A DNA stretch of 64,000 nucleotides from Aquificaceae bacterium (GTDB lineage: Bacteria; Aquificota; Aquificia; Aquificales; Aquificaceae), in assembly GCA_037924335.1 (NCBI GenBank), contig JAXSMZ010000001.1:123965-187964 (forward strand), given 5' to 3'. Below the pieces are notes generated by a model that was not told where the DNA came from, ran no database searches, and worked only from the letters and a program-made list of their open reading frames with translations. The translations under genes were made by a program, and so were the position numbers. Every line of letters starts with the position of its first letter. Positions within the stretch are counted from its first letter, which is position 1. Shown here in pieces: positions 28,773 to 38,147 of the stretch.

Positions 28773-30181
28773 GGTCCTATCTGTCTTAGGAAGGCTGGTA
28801 TCTCCTCTGTTTTTGTCCACCCACACTCATCTAGTATGTTCTCCACAGTCTCCTCAGACTTTCCAGTTTTTTCAATCACGTAGCTTATAAACTCCTTCCT
28901 TTTACCTCTGAAGTTTTCCAAGTCCTCCATTCTGACATCCGGCAGTTTTGAAACTATCCTCTCCTTCACTATGTTCCACGCAACTGGATTGTTAAAAAGG
29001 TGAAACCTTTTGTTCCTAACAGTTTCTCTTACGGTGAGGCTTTTTAAAAATTCCATTCTCTCAGGTTTTATGGTGAGTATAGATTCAGCCATAAGAGGGT
29101 CAACTGTGTAAAACACACCAAACATCTTTCCAAGGATCCTTCTTTGGGTTCTTATCATCTCATCAAGAATGTCCTGCACGTCAGACTCTACCTTGTCGTA
29201 GATGAGCTCATAGTAGTTTAGCTGTTGCAGTTCAAGACCTCCAAGGTATCTTATAAGGCTTGCAAGTTCATGGTAGTTCATACCCTCTTCCTTACTTTCT
29301 ATGAATCTTTCTTCCTTAGTTTCTTTGCCACCGTAATTTAAAACCACATCTGTATGAATTGGGGGTATTATATGGTAGGTGTCCGATTCCCAACCTGCCT
29401 TTCTTAGTATCTGCTCGGCTCCCATCTCATCTATCTTATACTTGCTCATGAGCAATCTTTTGAGTCCTTCTCTATCCTTTCTGTACTTATCTATCTCTTC
29501 TTCTGACAGGTCCACATCCACGTATACAAACCTCTCTTTTTCCCCCTCTCTTATGAATATGTTCTTCCTTCCCCTTATGTGCTTCTTTATAAAAGCCCAG
29601 TCTTCACCAGTTATAATTGGTTCAGGATGCCACTCCTTTGACATTTCCTCCTCCAATTCCAAGTAAGGCACGGATTCATACCATGTGGCCTTTAAAAGCT
29701 TTGATTCTATTATCTCCTCACTCTCTCCAAACTTGCTCTTTACGTACTCTATAAACTCTCTTCTCTTGAGTTTGAACTTTTCTATTTCATCAAGGCTAAG
29801 CTCAGGGAAGAGCACCTTTAGCTTGTACTTTATAAAATTCCAGTTTCCGAAGAGATTCTGCGGCTCGAATGCTTCATAACCGTAAGGATTAGTCTCAAGA
29901 AAGTCAAAGTAGTATCCAATAAAAGTCCTAACTCTTGGGTCTGTTATGGCAAGAAGTTTTATAAAGTCTGGGTCATAGTACTCTATTATTCCGAGAAGCC
30001 TCGCTATGTTTATCTTCTTTATGTTATGGAGATGGCACAGTTCAGTTCTATATTTTTTGGAAAGGTTCCTCTCTAAGCAGTACTCGTTTAGCACATCCAT
30101 ATCGGACTTTAGCATGCTTCTAAAGAAGGCAAGCTTTTCCTTCTTAGTTAGATGTTCTTTTGAAAGGATCATCTCCAACAT
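28769..30181 (-). CDS. Hypothetical 470-aa protein with three CsbD-like repeats
   Basis: Long ORF with strong SD (AGGAGG); internal repeats visible by eye. Confidence 0.85.
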   Translation of the reverse strand: MLEMILSKEHLTKKEKLAFFRSMLKSDMDVLNEYCLERNLSKKYRTELCHLHNIKKINIARLLGIIEYYDPDFIKLLAITDPRVRTFIGYYFDFLETNPYGYEAFEPQNLFGNWNFIKYKLKVLFPELSLDEIEKFKLKRREFIEYVKSKFGESEEIIESKLLKATWYESVPYLELEEEMSKEWHPEPIITGEDWAFIKKHIRGRKNIFIREGEKERFVYVDVDLSEEEIDKYRKDREGLKRLLMSKYKIDEMGAEQILRKAGWESDTYHIIPPIHTDVVLNYGGKETKEERFIESKEEGMNYHELASLIRYLGGLELQQLNYYELIYDKVESDVQDILDEMIRTQRRILGKMFGVFYTVDPLMAESILTIKPERMEFLKSLTVRETVRNKRFHLFNNPVAWNIVKERIVSKLPDVRMEDLENFRGKRKEFISYVIEKTGKSEETVENILDECGWTKTEEIPAFLRQIGP

Positions 30182-30283
30182 TTTCTTACCCTCCTTATGG
30201 ATAATCTATCTCAAGGCGGGAGTAAGGCAATCAAATATGCTTAAGTTTCTATAAGGTGTCTTTATAGAGTGATGAACCACCCC

Positions 30284-30599
30284 TCATTGAAATAAGGGGC
30301 TTCCTGCTTCAGCGACTGATGCCTCGTAGACCAAGTCAAAAAGACTTGTTCCTCTTAATAGGTTCAGTCCTGCATTGATATCTCTATCATGTCTTGTTCC
30401 ACATACAGGACATATCCACTCTCTCTCAGATAGCCTGAGGTTTGTGTTCTTAAAGCTTTGAGGATGGATAGAACCTGTCTGCAAAGATAACCTCTCTCTC
30501 ATAAAGCTTTGCTTTATAAGAAAGAAAGTTCAAAAACATAGCCCAAGAACTATCAGATATGGCTTTGGATAGCCTGTCATTTTGCAACAAACCTTTCAC
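30284..30599 (-). pseudogene. tnpB: tnpB pseudogene, 3' part (outer element)
   Basis: [30 protein letters not shown]...FYPSSK(frameshift)...[20 protein letters not shown]. Confidence 0.88.
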
Positions 30600-30651
30600 G
30601 ATATAATACCGCAGGAGGCTCTCCTTTTCAAAGGAGAGAGGAATGCGGGAC

Positions 30652-30680
30652 TTAACAAATATACATTTTTAGTCTATATT
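30652..30680 (+). promoter_or_regulatory. Candidate promoter for inner tnpB (probably leaderless)
   Basis: TTAACA, 17 bp, TATATT ending 6 nt before ATG 30687; no SD. Confidence 0.45.
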
Positions 30681-30686
30681 ATTCTT

Positions 30687-31820
30687 ATGGTTCAGTTAAC
30701 AGCAAGGGGGAAGCTAATTGTGGGTTAGGAACAAAAGAAGACATTGCTTGAGACTATTGAATTAGTTAATCAAGTCAGGAACTATCTTTCTGAGGTAGCT
30801 TTCAAAGAGAAAGTAGCAAACAAAGTGAAACTTCAAAAACTAAGCTATAAGGATATTAGAGAAAAGTTTTCAATACCAGCACAGCATGTTGTGAGGGCAA
30901 TAGCAAGTGTATGCAATGCCTATAAGAGCAAGAAAAAAGACAGATGGAAAGAGAAAATAGAGTTTAGACCACATGCAAGCATAGATTTAGACCAGAGGTT
31001 AGTATCTTTCAAGGGCATAGACAGAGTATCTATCAACACAGTCAGAGGGAGATTAACCATTCCAGTGGTTTGGGGTGAGTATTTCAGAGAAAGGGTAGCT
31101 TTCAGAAGAGGGCATAGCAAGCTCATATACAAGGATGGAGAGTTTTACATAGCAGTGGTGGTAGAACTGCCAGAGGGAGCAGTAGAACCTACAGGAGGCT
31201 GTCTTGGTATAGATGCAGGCATAAAGAACATGGCAGTAGATAGCTTTGGGAATTTCTATGGAGGAGAGGAGATAGTCAAAAAGAGATTGCACTATAGAGA
31301 AAAGAGGAGAGAACTTCAAAAGAAACTTGCACAGAAAGAAGGGAAAGATACAAGGTCAGCCAGAAGGGCACTCAAGAGGATAAGAAGAAAAGAGAGAAAC
31401 TTTGTCAGAAGTAAAAGCCATGAGGTTGCAAAGGATATAGTTTTGTTTGCAAAGGCACTTTCTCTTGCCATAGCTATGGAAAACCTCAAGGGCATTAGAG
31501 AGAGGATAACGGCAAAAGGCAAACAAAACCACTATCTTTTGCACTCATGGAATTTCAGGCTTTTACAAGGTCTTATCTCTTACAAAGCAAAGTTTTATGG
31601 TGTGCCAATCGTATTTATAGAACCACAAAACACATCAAGAACATGTCCTGTATGTGGGCATGTCTCAAAAAACAATAGAAAAACTCAAGAAAAATTTAAA
31701 TGCGAGTTTTGTGGCTTTGAAGAACATGCAGATTTTGTAGCCTCCGTTAACATCTCTTTCAAAGGGCTGCAGTCAACAAGCCTCATGCCCCCAAGAGGGG
31801 CAAGCTCCCTAATTCATTAG
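30687..31820 (+). pseudogene. tnpB: RNA-guided endonuclease TnpB (inner element); in-frame TAG at codon 14, remainder intact (ORF from TTG 30744)
   Basis: MVQLTARGKLIVG*EQKKTLLET...; RuvC-I GIDAG, RuvC-II MENL, CPVC/CEFC zinc finger, RuvC-III HADFVAS. Confidence 0.85.
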
Positions 31821-31852
31821 GGAGTAGTTGACATGCAAATCCTCTACCACTA
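31740..31852 (+). ncRNA. Predicted TnpB right-end (omega/re) RNA scaffold 3' part plus flanking guide; 5' boundary approximate
   Basis: GTCAAC (31772-31777)...GTTGAC (31827-31832) enclosing hairpins GCCCC/GGGGC and CTCCCTAA-TTCA-TTAGGGAG; assignment from established TnpB biology. Confidence 0.5.
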
Positions 31853-32431
31853 CCACTTGGTTTTCGTGAATAATGGCAGGGGATAGCTTATGTAGAAAAT
31901 CTACTCTTTGGTTTCTCACTTTTATCCCTTTCTCTACCAACACAGAAACATAAACTTTGCCTGATGGAGTGAGGCTTATGGTTATTGACCTCACCTTGCT
32001 CTCTATATCTCTATGCATTCTTACTTTCAAAGGCTTTTCCATCTTTGGAAGCCGAACTATAGCCCATGTTCCTCTCTCCTCTATCTTAAAGCCCTGAAGC
32101 AGATATATAGAACTTGTCTCTTTCTTTCTCTTAAACCTTGGAAACTTTGCCCTACCTTTGAAAAAATTCTCATAAGCCTTGCCAAGATTTATAACCGCCT
32201 GTTGTAGTGCCTGAGATGGAACTGATTTGAGAAAAGGATATTCCTCTTTTAGTTTTGGTAGTAGCTTTTTGTATTCAAAAGTATTCCATTTATACCCTCT
32301 TTCTCATATCTCTCTTTTGACAAAGCAAGAATATGGTTGTAGACAGATCACACATATCCTGCAAACTGTTTTAAAGTTTCCAGCTGCTTTTGACTTGGAT
32401 AAGCTCTGAACTTGTATGCTATGGTTGTCAT
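31833..32431 (-). pseudogene. tnpB: tnpB pseudogene, 5' part (outer element)
   Basis: MTTIAYKFRAYPSQKQ...FAGYV*(TGA 32350-32348)SVYN..., frameshifts, RuvC-I region missing, ends at VVEDLH. Confidence 0.88.
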
Positions 32432-32441
32432 GGCTTTCTCT

Positions 32442-32480
32442 CTTTTGGTTTTCTATGTATTTTCTGATGGCATCCTCAGA
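32442..32480 (-). pseudogene. tnpA: IS200-type tnpA C-terminal remnant
   Basis: SEDAIRKYIENQK helix containing the catalytic Tyr of Y1 HUH transposases, directly upstream of tnpB start. Confidence 0.7.
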
Positions 32481-32501
32481 TTCATATGGTCGCTTTCATC
32501 T

Positions 32502-33902
32502 CTAAAAGTCAAGGTCATAATCCTCTTCTATGGACTCCTCAAGGTCCGGTTCGTATGCTTCAACCCTCTGTATAGGTGATGGTCCCAGGGGTTTGAAGCT
32601 TGCAGTCTCCTTTATGAAAGCTACCTTGACTATGCCAGTAGGCCCCTGTCTCTGCTTAGCTACTAAGATCTCAGCTATCCCCTGCTCTTCTGGTGGTGGA
32701 TTCCTCTTGTAATACTCTGGCCTGTGCAGGAAGATTATTAGGTCTGCATCCTGTTCTATCTGACCAGACTCTCTTAGGTCTGCAAGCTGTGGCCTCTTGT
32801 CACTCCTATGCTCCACTTGGCGGGATAGCTGTGCCAAAGCTACGACAGGAAGGCTAAGCTCCTTAGCCAAGGCTTTTAGGTTCCTTGATATTTCAGCAAC
32901 TTCCTCCTGCCTCGAAGCCTTTCTCACAGGGGGTTTCAGAAGCTGGAGATAGTCTATAAAAATAGCCTCCACTTTTCTTTCCTTTTTGAGCTTCCTTGTT
33001 TTTATACGCAGGTCTGTGGTTGAGAGGGTTGGTGTGTCATCTATGTATATATCACACTTGGAGAGTCCAAGAGCTGCTGATATGAGTTTCTCTCTGTCAT
33101 CGTCCTTTATAAAGCCCCTCCTCATGTTTTGAAGGGACACACCAGATAGCATAGATAGAGCTCTCATAACGAGCTGCTCTTTGCTCATCTCAAGAGAATA
33201 AATGGCAACTGGAACCTTTTCCTCCATTACCATGTTTATAGCCATGGACAGCATGAAACTGCTTTTGCCCATACCTGGCCTTGCTGCTACGATCACAAGG
33301 TCCGATGGATGAAAGCCTGTGGTAAGAACGTCAAGGTCAAGAAAGCCAGTAGCCCTTCCAGTTATAAGTTTTTCTTCTTTTCTATGCTTTTCTATTATGT
33401 CTATAACCTTTGTTGCTACATCTCTTACGTGATAGTACTGGGTGAAGGAGTGTTTTTCAGATATCTCAATAAGTTTGTGCGAAAGGAAATCTAAGATGTT
33501 ATTAAAATCTGGTTCATCCTTTATGCTCTTTATAGTTCTCAAAGAAAGGTCCATGAGGTTTCTAAGCCCAGATTTTTCTTTTACGGTGCCCACCGCCTCA
33601 TTGAGCAGTACTCCCACTGCCCTCTCTTCAGTAAGAGCATAAATAAAATCCATATCTATTTTGTCTTTGAGTCCATACTTAGCTATGTAGTCCCTAAGGG
33701 TTATATCATCCCAATCTTTTCCTTTATCTTCCCATAGCTTGTATATCAGGGAGAAAAGTAGCCTGTGTTTTTCCACATAAAAGTCTTCCTCGCGAAGGTA
33801 CTCGAGTACGGTTGGAATGCTCTCTGGGTCCACGAGCATAGCACCGAGAACTGCTCTTTCCGCTAACTCATCGTGTGGTGGCTCTATATCAAAAGACATC
33901 AT
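32502..33902 (-). CDS. dnaB: Replicative DNA helicase
   Basis: AERAVLGA, AARPGMGKS, IDYLQL, QLSRQVE, LRESGQIEQDAD. Confidence 0.97.
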   Translation of the reverse strand: MMSFDIEPPHDELAERAVLGAMLVDPESIPTVLEYLREEDFYVEKHRLLFSLIYKLWEDKGKDWDDITLRDYIAKYGLKDKIDMDFIYALTEERAVGVLLNEAVGTVKEKSGLRNLMDLSLRTIKSIKDEPDFNNILDFLSHKLIEISEKHSFTQYYHVRDVATKVIDIIEKHRKEEKLITGRATGFLDLDVLTTGFHPSDLVIVAARPGMGKSSFMLSMAINMVMEEKVPVAIYSLEMSKEQLVMRALSMLSGVSLQNMRRGFIKDDDREKLISAALGLSKCDIYIDDTPTLSTTDLRIKTRKLKKERKVEAIFIDYLQLLKPPVRKASRQEEVAEISRNLKALAKELSLPVVALAQLSRQVEHRSDKRPQLADLRESGQIEQDADLIIFLHRPEYYKRNPPPEEQGIAEILVAKQRQGPTGIVKVAFIKETASFKPLGPSPIQRVEAYEPDLEESIEEDYDLDF

Positions 33903-33907
33903 GGGAA

Positions 33908-35764
33908 CTAAAGCTTTCCTACGAGTATATCCTTTACCTTTTGTGCTATGCGCTCCGCATCTAAACCCACTATGCTTCTAAGTAGGCTTTGGCTTCCATG
34001 CTCTATGAACCTGTCTGGTATACCCATAGTGTGCACTCTTTTTGTTATACCCGCTTTTGAAATGAACTCTAACACACCAGAACCAAAACCGCCTACAACC
34101 GTGTTATCCTCCAATGTTATAAATGTATCATAACGTCTCAGCAAGTCCAAAAGCATGGCTTCATCCATGGGCTTTATAAACCTTGAATTCACAACCCCGA
34201 TCCTTATACCTTCCTTTTCGAGGGTATGAGAAGCCTCAAGAGCTTGATAAACTGTGTAACCAACAGCAAGTATAACTGCATCCTCTCCATCTTTTAGCTC
34301 TTCCCAGCTCCCCACTGGTATTTTATTAAACCCCTCTGTAGGGACACCATAGGCTGGTCCTCTGGGATACCTTATGGCAAAGGGTCCGTTCCAATTTATA
34401 GCTGTGAAAAGAAGGTCTCTTAACTCTTGCTCATCCTTTGGTGCAGAGACAACCATATTGGGAACGCATCTAAGATAGGAAAGGTCAAAGACTCCATGGT
34501 GGGTTGGTCCATCTTCACCAACAAGTCCACCCCTGTCTATGGCAAAAACTACATGAAGGTTTTGAAGGGCTATATCGTGTATCACCTGGTCATAAGCTCT
34601 CTGTAAGAAAGTAGAGTAATAAGCAACAACAGGCTTTAGTCCCTGAGCCGCCATACCACCTGCAAAGGTACATGCGTGCTGTTCTGCTATTCCCACATCA
34701 AAAAACCTCTCTGGAAACTCTTTGCTAAATTCCACAAGTCCAGAACCTTCCTTCATGGCTGGAGTTATACAAACCACCTTACTATCGTGACGGGCAAGCT
34801 CTACCATGGCTTTGCCAAAGATAGATGTCCAAGTGGGTGGGGATGGTTTCTTTATAAACTCACCAGATTCCCTTTTGTAAGGTGCTACACCATGCCATGT
34901 AACTGGGTCATTCTCTGCTGGTTTGTAGCCTTTTCCCTTTTTTGTGTACACATGCAAAAGGACTGGCCCCTCAATGTGTTTTAGATTGTTTAATGTTTTT
35001 TCGAGAGATGCTATGTTATGGCCGTCCACTGGACCTATGTAATTAAAGCCAAGCTCTTCAAATATTATGCCTGGGGATATAAGCCCCTTGAGAAACTCCT
35101 CTGTAAGTTTGGCTATCCTTGAAGCTGGTCCCATACGTTCCAGTGCATGCTTGACTTTTTGCCTTGTATCCTGAATAAACTTACCGCTTATGATCCTGCT
35201 AAGATAGGTGGATATGGCTCCTACGTTTGGTGATATGGACATCTCATTATCGTTTAGAACCACGATAAACCCATTTGGTCTTAGATGCCCTGCGTTGTTT
35301 AGAGCTTCAAAGGCTATACCCGCCGTCATGGCACCATCGCCTATTACAGCTACCACATGACCATCATGACCAAGGAGGTCCATAGCCTTTCTAAAACCCA
35401 AAGCTGCTGATATAGAGGTTGAACTATGCCCAGCACCAAAGGCATCAAAAAGACTCTCCTCCCTTCTCAAAAAACCAGATATGCCACCGTACTGTCTGAG
35501 CGTTGGAAAATTCTCCTTTCTATCTGTGAGTATCTTCCATGGATAGGCTTGGTGCCCAATGTCCCAGACTATCACATCCTTTGGTGGATCAAAGCATCTG
35601 AGCAGAGCTATGGTAAGCTCTACAACGCCAAGGCCTGGACCCACATGCCCACCATTCTTAGCCGTCACCTCTATTATGTAATCCCTCACATCCTGTGCAA
35701 GCTCTTCTAACTCTTCGTAAGACATGTACTTCAGGTCTATGGGTCCTGTGTAGTTTTCAAGCAT
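33908..35764 (-). CDS. dxs: 1-deoxy-D-xylulose-5-phosphate synthase
   Basis: WDIGHQAY, GHSSTSISA, GDGAMTAG, GIAEQHA, DGPTHHG. Confidence 0.97.
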   Translation of the reverse strand: MLENYTGPIDLKYMSYEELEELAQDVRDYIIEVTAKNGGHVGPGLGVVELTIALLRCFDPPKDVIVWDIGHQAYPWKILTDRKENFPTLRQYGGISGFLRREESLFDAFGAGHSSTSISAALGFRKAMDLLGHDGHVVAVIGDGAMTAGIAFEALNNAGHLRPNGFIVVLNDNEMSISPNVGAISTYLSRIISGKFIQDTRQKVKHALERMGPASRIAKLTEEFLKGLISPGIIFEELGFNYIGPVDGHNIASLEKTLNNLKHIEGPVLLHVYTKKGKGYKPAENDPVTWHGVAPYKRESGEFIKKPSPPTWTSIFGKAMVELARHDSKVVCITPAMKEGSGLVEFSKEFPERFFDVGIAEQHACTFAGGMAAQGLKPVVAYYSTFLQRAYDQVIHDIALQNLHVVFAIDRGGLVGEDGPTHHGVFDLSYLRCVPNMVVSAPKDEQELRDLLFTAINWNGPFAIRYPRGPAYGVPTEGFNKIPVGSWEELKDGEDAVILAVGYTVYQALEASHTLEKEGIRIGVVNSRFIKPMDEAMLLDLLRRYDTFITLEDNTVVGGFGSGVLEFISKAGITKRVHTMGIPDRFIEHGSQSLLRSIVGLDAERIAQKVKDILVGKL

Positions 35765-35803
35765 GATAATTGAATATATTCCACAGTAGAAGAATTTTCC
35801 ATT

Positions 35804-37561
35804 CTATCTGTCTGTCTCCCCTACTACTGGGTCTATGCTTCCCAGCAAAGCTATGGCATCAGCAATGGTACCATTCTCTATGAGCTTTGGGAATATGGAT
35901 AGGTTATAAAAGGCTCCAGACCTTATCCTTAGTCTGTAAGGCTTTGAGCCACCCTTTGAGTGTATGTAAAAGCCCAGCTCTCCCCTTGGGTTCTCTCCAG
36001 ATGAGTATATCTCTCCAGGTGGTGCTTTCTCTCCATGAACCACTACCCTAAAGGACTTTACCATATCCTCCAAGGCCATAAAAACATCCTCTTTTGGAGG
36101 TATAACGGCTGGGTGCTCTTTGTTTATGTAAGGTGCACTTTTGGGGATCTTCTCAAGTTTCTCTACGCATTGTTCAATGATCCTTAAGCTTTGTACCATC
36201 TCTTCCATTCTCACGAGGTATCTATCGTAAACATCCCCAACCTCACCCACTGGTATGTCAAACTCAACTTCATCGTAAGCTGCATACGGCTCTACCTTTC
36301 TTATATCGTAGGCAACGCCAGAACCCCTCGCTACTGGTCCAGAAAGCCCGTAGTTATGGACATCCTCTCTTGTGATCACTCCCATATCCTTTGTCCTTCT
36401 TAGCCATATGCGGTTTCTGGTCAGGAGCTGGTGGTACTCTTTCAGTCTGCTTGGAAAGTCCTTTAGGAAAGCTTTCACCACATCAAGCGTGCCTTCTGCA
36501 AGGTCATAATGAACTCCCCCTATCCTAAGGAAAGCGGTTGTTAGCCTAAAGCCAGCATTCCCCTCTATTATGTCCATGATCTTCTCCCTCTCCCTAAAGG
36601 CGTAGAGGAACACAGTAAGGGCACCAAGGTCTAAGGCTCCAGTCCCAAGCCAAAGAAGGTGAGAGTTTATCCTCTGTAGCTCGGCAAACATGGTTCTAAT
36701 GTAGCGAGCCTTTTCTGGCACTTCAACACTGAGAAGTTTTTCCACAGCAGTCACGTAGGAGAGCTCATTACATATGGCAGATATGTAATCCATCCTGTCA
36801 GTATAAGGAAGGAACTGAAAGTAGTAAATGTTTTCGGCTATCTTCTCCATACCCCTGTGAAGCTGTCCAAGTATAACGTCAGATTGAACAACTTTCTCCC
36901 CATCCAAGTCAAAAAGAAACCATATGGTTCCGTGGGTTCCAGGATGAAGTGGCCCCCAGTTTAGAACAAGCTGAGCTTTCTTTTTAAGCCTCGCCTTCTC
37001 CGTCCTTTCTAAGTCCTCCAATGTTGCTACGCGAGTGTGCATTACGCTGTAGTCATGACTCGGTGGCTCTGTCCTTCCCTCCATGACCTCAGTCAGAGAG
37101 GGTAAGGGTGTGTCTGGAAATCCCTCTAAGGGAAAATCTTTTCTGAGAGGAAAGTAGGGGTAGCCTTCCCACATGAACATCCTTCTGAGGTTTTCGTGCC
37201 CGTCAAACTCAACACCAAACATGTCATAAGCTTCCCTTTCTGCCCATTTGGCACATGGCCAGAGCTTTTCAAGGGATGGAAGAGTATTGTTCTTTGCCCA
37301 AGTCTTTACTATAAGCTTTTCCCTCTCGTCTGGATTGTAGAGTATATAGACGCCTTGGAACCTTTCTGGATTGTCTGGAAAGTCTATGCATGTAAAATCT
37401 ATGAAGTGTTTATAGCCTTCCCTGTCCCTTAGGTGCTTAAGAAATTCGAGGAGCTTATCCCTTTGTACCTCAACCCTAACGCTTCTTTCATCAGCATCAA
37501 TTTTTACATCCTTGAACTCAAGCTTTATCCTATCCCTGGCTGCTTTGTTCATCCATGGCAT
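35804..37561 (-). CDS. nuoCD: NADH-quinone oxidoreductase subunit C/D (fused)
   Basis: NuoC WAEREAYDMFG/HENLRR/PLRKDFP then NuoD NWGPLHPGTHG, GQLHRGMEK, ENPRGELG, GETDR. Confidence 0.96.
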   Translation of the reverse strand: MPWMNKAARDRIKLEFKDVKIDADERSVRVEVQRDKLLEFLKHLRDREGYKHFIDFTCIDFPDNPERFQGVYILYNPDEREKLIVKTWAKNNTLPSLEKLWPCAKWAEREAYDMFGVEFDGHENLRRMFMWEGYPYFPLRKDFPLEGFPDTPLPSLTEVMEGRTEPPSHDYSVMHTRVATLEDLERTEKARLKKKAQLVLNWGPLHPGTHGTIWFLFDLDGEKVVQSDVILGQLHRGMEKIAENIYYFQFLPYTDRMDYISAICNELSYVTAVEKLLSVEVPEKARYIRTMFAELQRINSHLLWLGTGALDLGALTVFLYAFREREKIMDIIEGNAGFRLTTAFLRIGGVHYDLAEGTLDVVKAFLKDFPSRLKEYHQLLTRNRIWLRRTKDMGVITREDVHNYGLSGPVARGSGVAYDIRKVEPYAAYDEVEFDIPVGEVGDVYDRYLVRMEEMVQSLRIIEQCVEKLEKIPKSAPYINKEHPAVIPPKEDVFMALEDMVKSFRVVVHGEKAPPGEIYSSGENPRGELGFYIHSKGGSKPYRLRIRSGAFYNLSIFPKLIENGTIADAIALLGSIDPVVGETDR

Positions 37562-37564
37562 ATC

Positions 37565-38092
37565 TCATACCTCTGCTGGAATGCCTTGTTTTTCTATATC
37601 CCTTTTGAACTCTTCAAAAGCTCTGTCATACTTGTTTATACCTTTCTCCTTTATTTTCTTTTGAAGTTGGAGTATACCGTATATAAGCCCCTGCGGATGG
37701 GGTGGACATCCTGGTATATAAACATCTACAGGTATGATTCTGTCCATACCTTGCAGCGTAGAGTATGTTGGGAAGGGACCACCCGCAGATGCACATCCCC
37801 CCATAGTTATACACCACTTAGGGTCTGGCATCTGTTCCCATATGAGTTTGAGCATTGGAGCAACCTTATTCACTACAGTACCAGCGACTAAAAGAAGGTC
37901 AGCCTGCCGAGGGGATGCCCTGAATATAACACCTAACCTGTCAAGGTCAAACCTTGAGGCTGCAGTATGCATCATCTCTATGGCACAACAGGCAAGACCT
38001 ATGGTCACAGGCCAGAGGGCATTCCTCCTTCCCCATCTTAAAAGCTCATCTACGCTTGTAATTAAAAAACCATTGGAGTTCAAAGCAGTCAT
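37565..38092 (-). CDS. nuoB: NADH-quinone oxidoreductase subunit B
   Basis: [27 protein letters not shown]. Confidence 0.97.
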   Translation of the reverse strand: MTALNSNGFLITSVDELLRWGRRNALWPVTIGLACCAIEMMHTAASRFDLDRLGVIFRASPRQADLLLVAGTVVNKVAPMLKLIWEQMPDPKWCITMGGCASAGGPFPTYSTLQGMDRIIPVDVYIPGCPPHPQGLIYGILQLQKKIKEKGINKYDRAFEEFKRDIEKQGIPAEV

Positions 38093-38147
38093 CTGATACC
38101 TCCTTATTTAATTATAAGTTCCCTACCTTTACAACCTATGAAATTAA

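Larger units (their letters stand above)
30600..31832 (+). mobile_element. IS200/IS605-family tnpB-only element (1233 bp) nested in the outer tnpB
   Basis: Removing 30600-31832 restores the outer frame E-D-L-H|V-K-G; no target duplication; TCAC immediately 5' of the left end; 8-bp stem/TTCA-loop hairpins at both ends; ends in GTAGTTGAC. Confidence 0.9.
30269..32490 (-). mobile_element. Degenerate IS200/IS605-family element (tnpA remnant + tnpB pseudogene), interrupted by a second element
   Basis: tnpA C-terminal SEDAIRKYIENQK; tnpB fragments with stop, frameshifts and deletion; right-end hairpin CCCCTTAT-TTCA-ATGAGGGG followed by TGGTTCATCAC on minus strand; left end not seen. Confidence 0.85.

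Noticed and set aside
30600-31852. Possible CRISPR array or Cas12-type locus near tnpB
   Set aside because: No repeat-spacer array or cas1/cas2; the hairpins are IS ends and the protein size is that of TnpB.
35804-37561. NuoC-NuoD fusion
   Set aside because: Well-known arrangement (e.g. E. coli and Aquifex); not novel.
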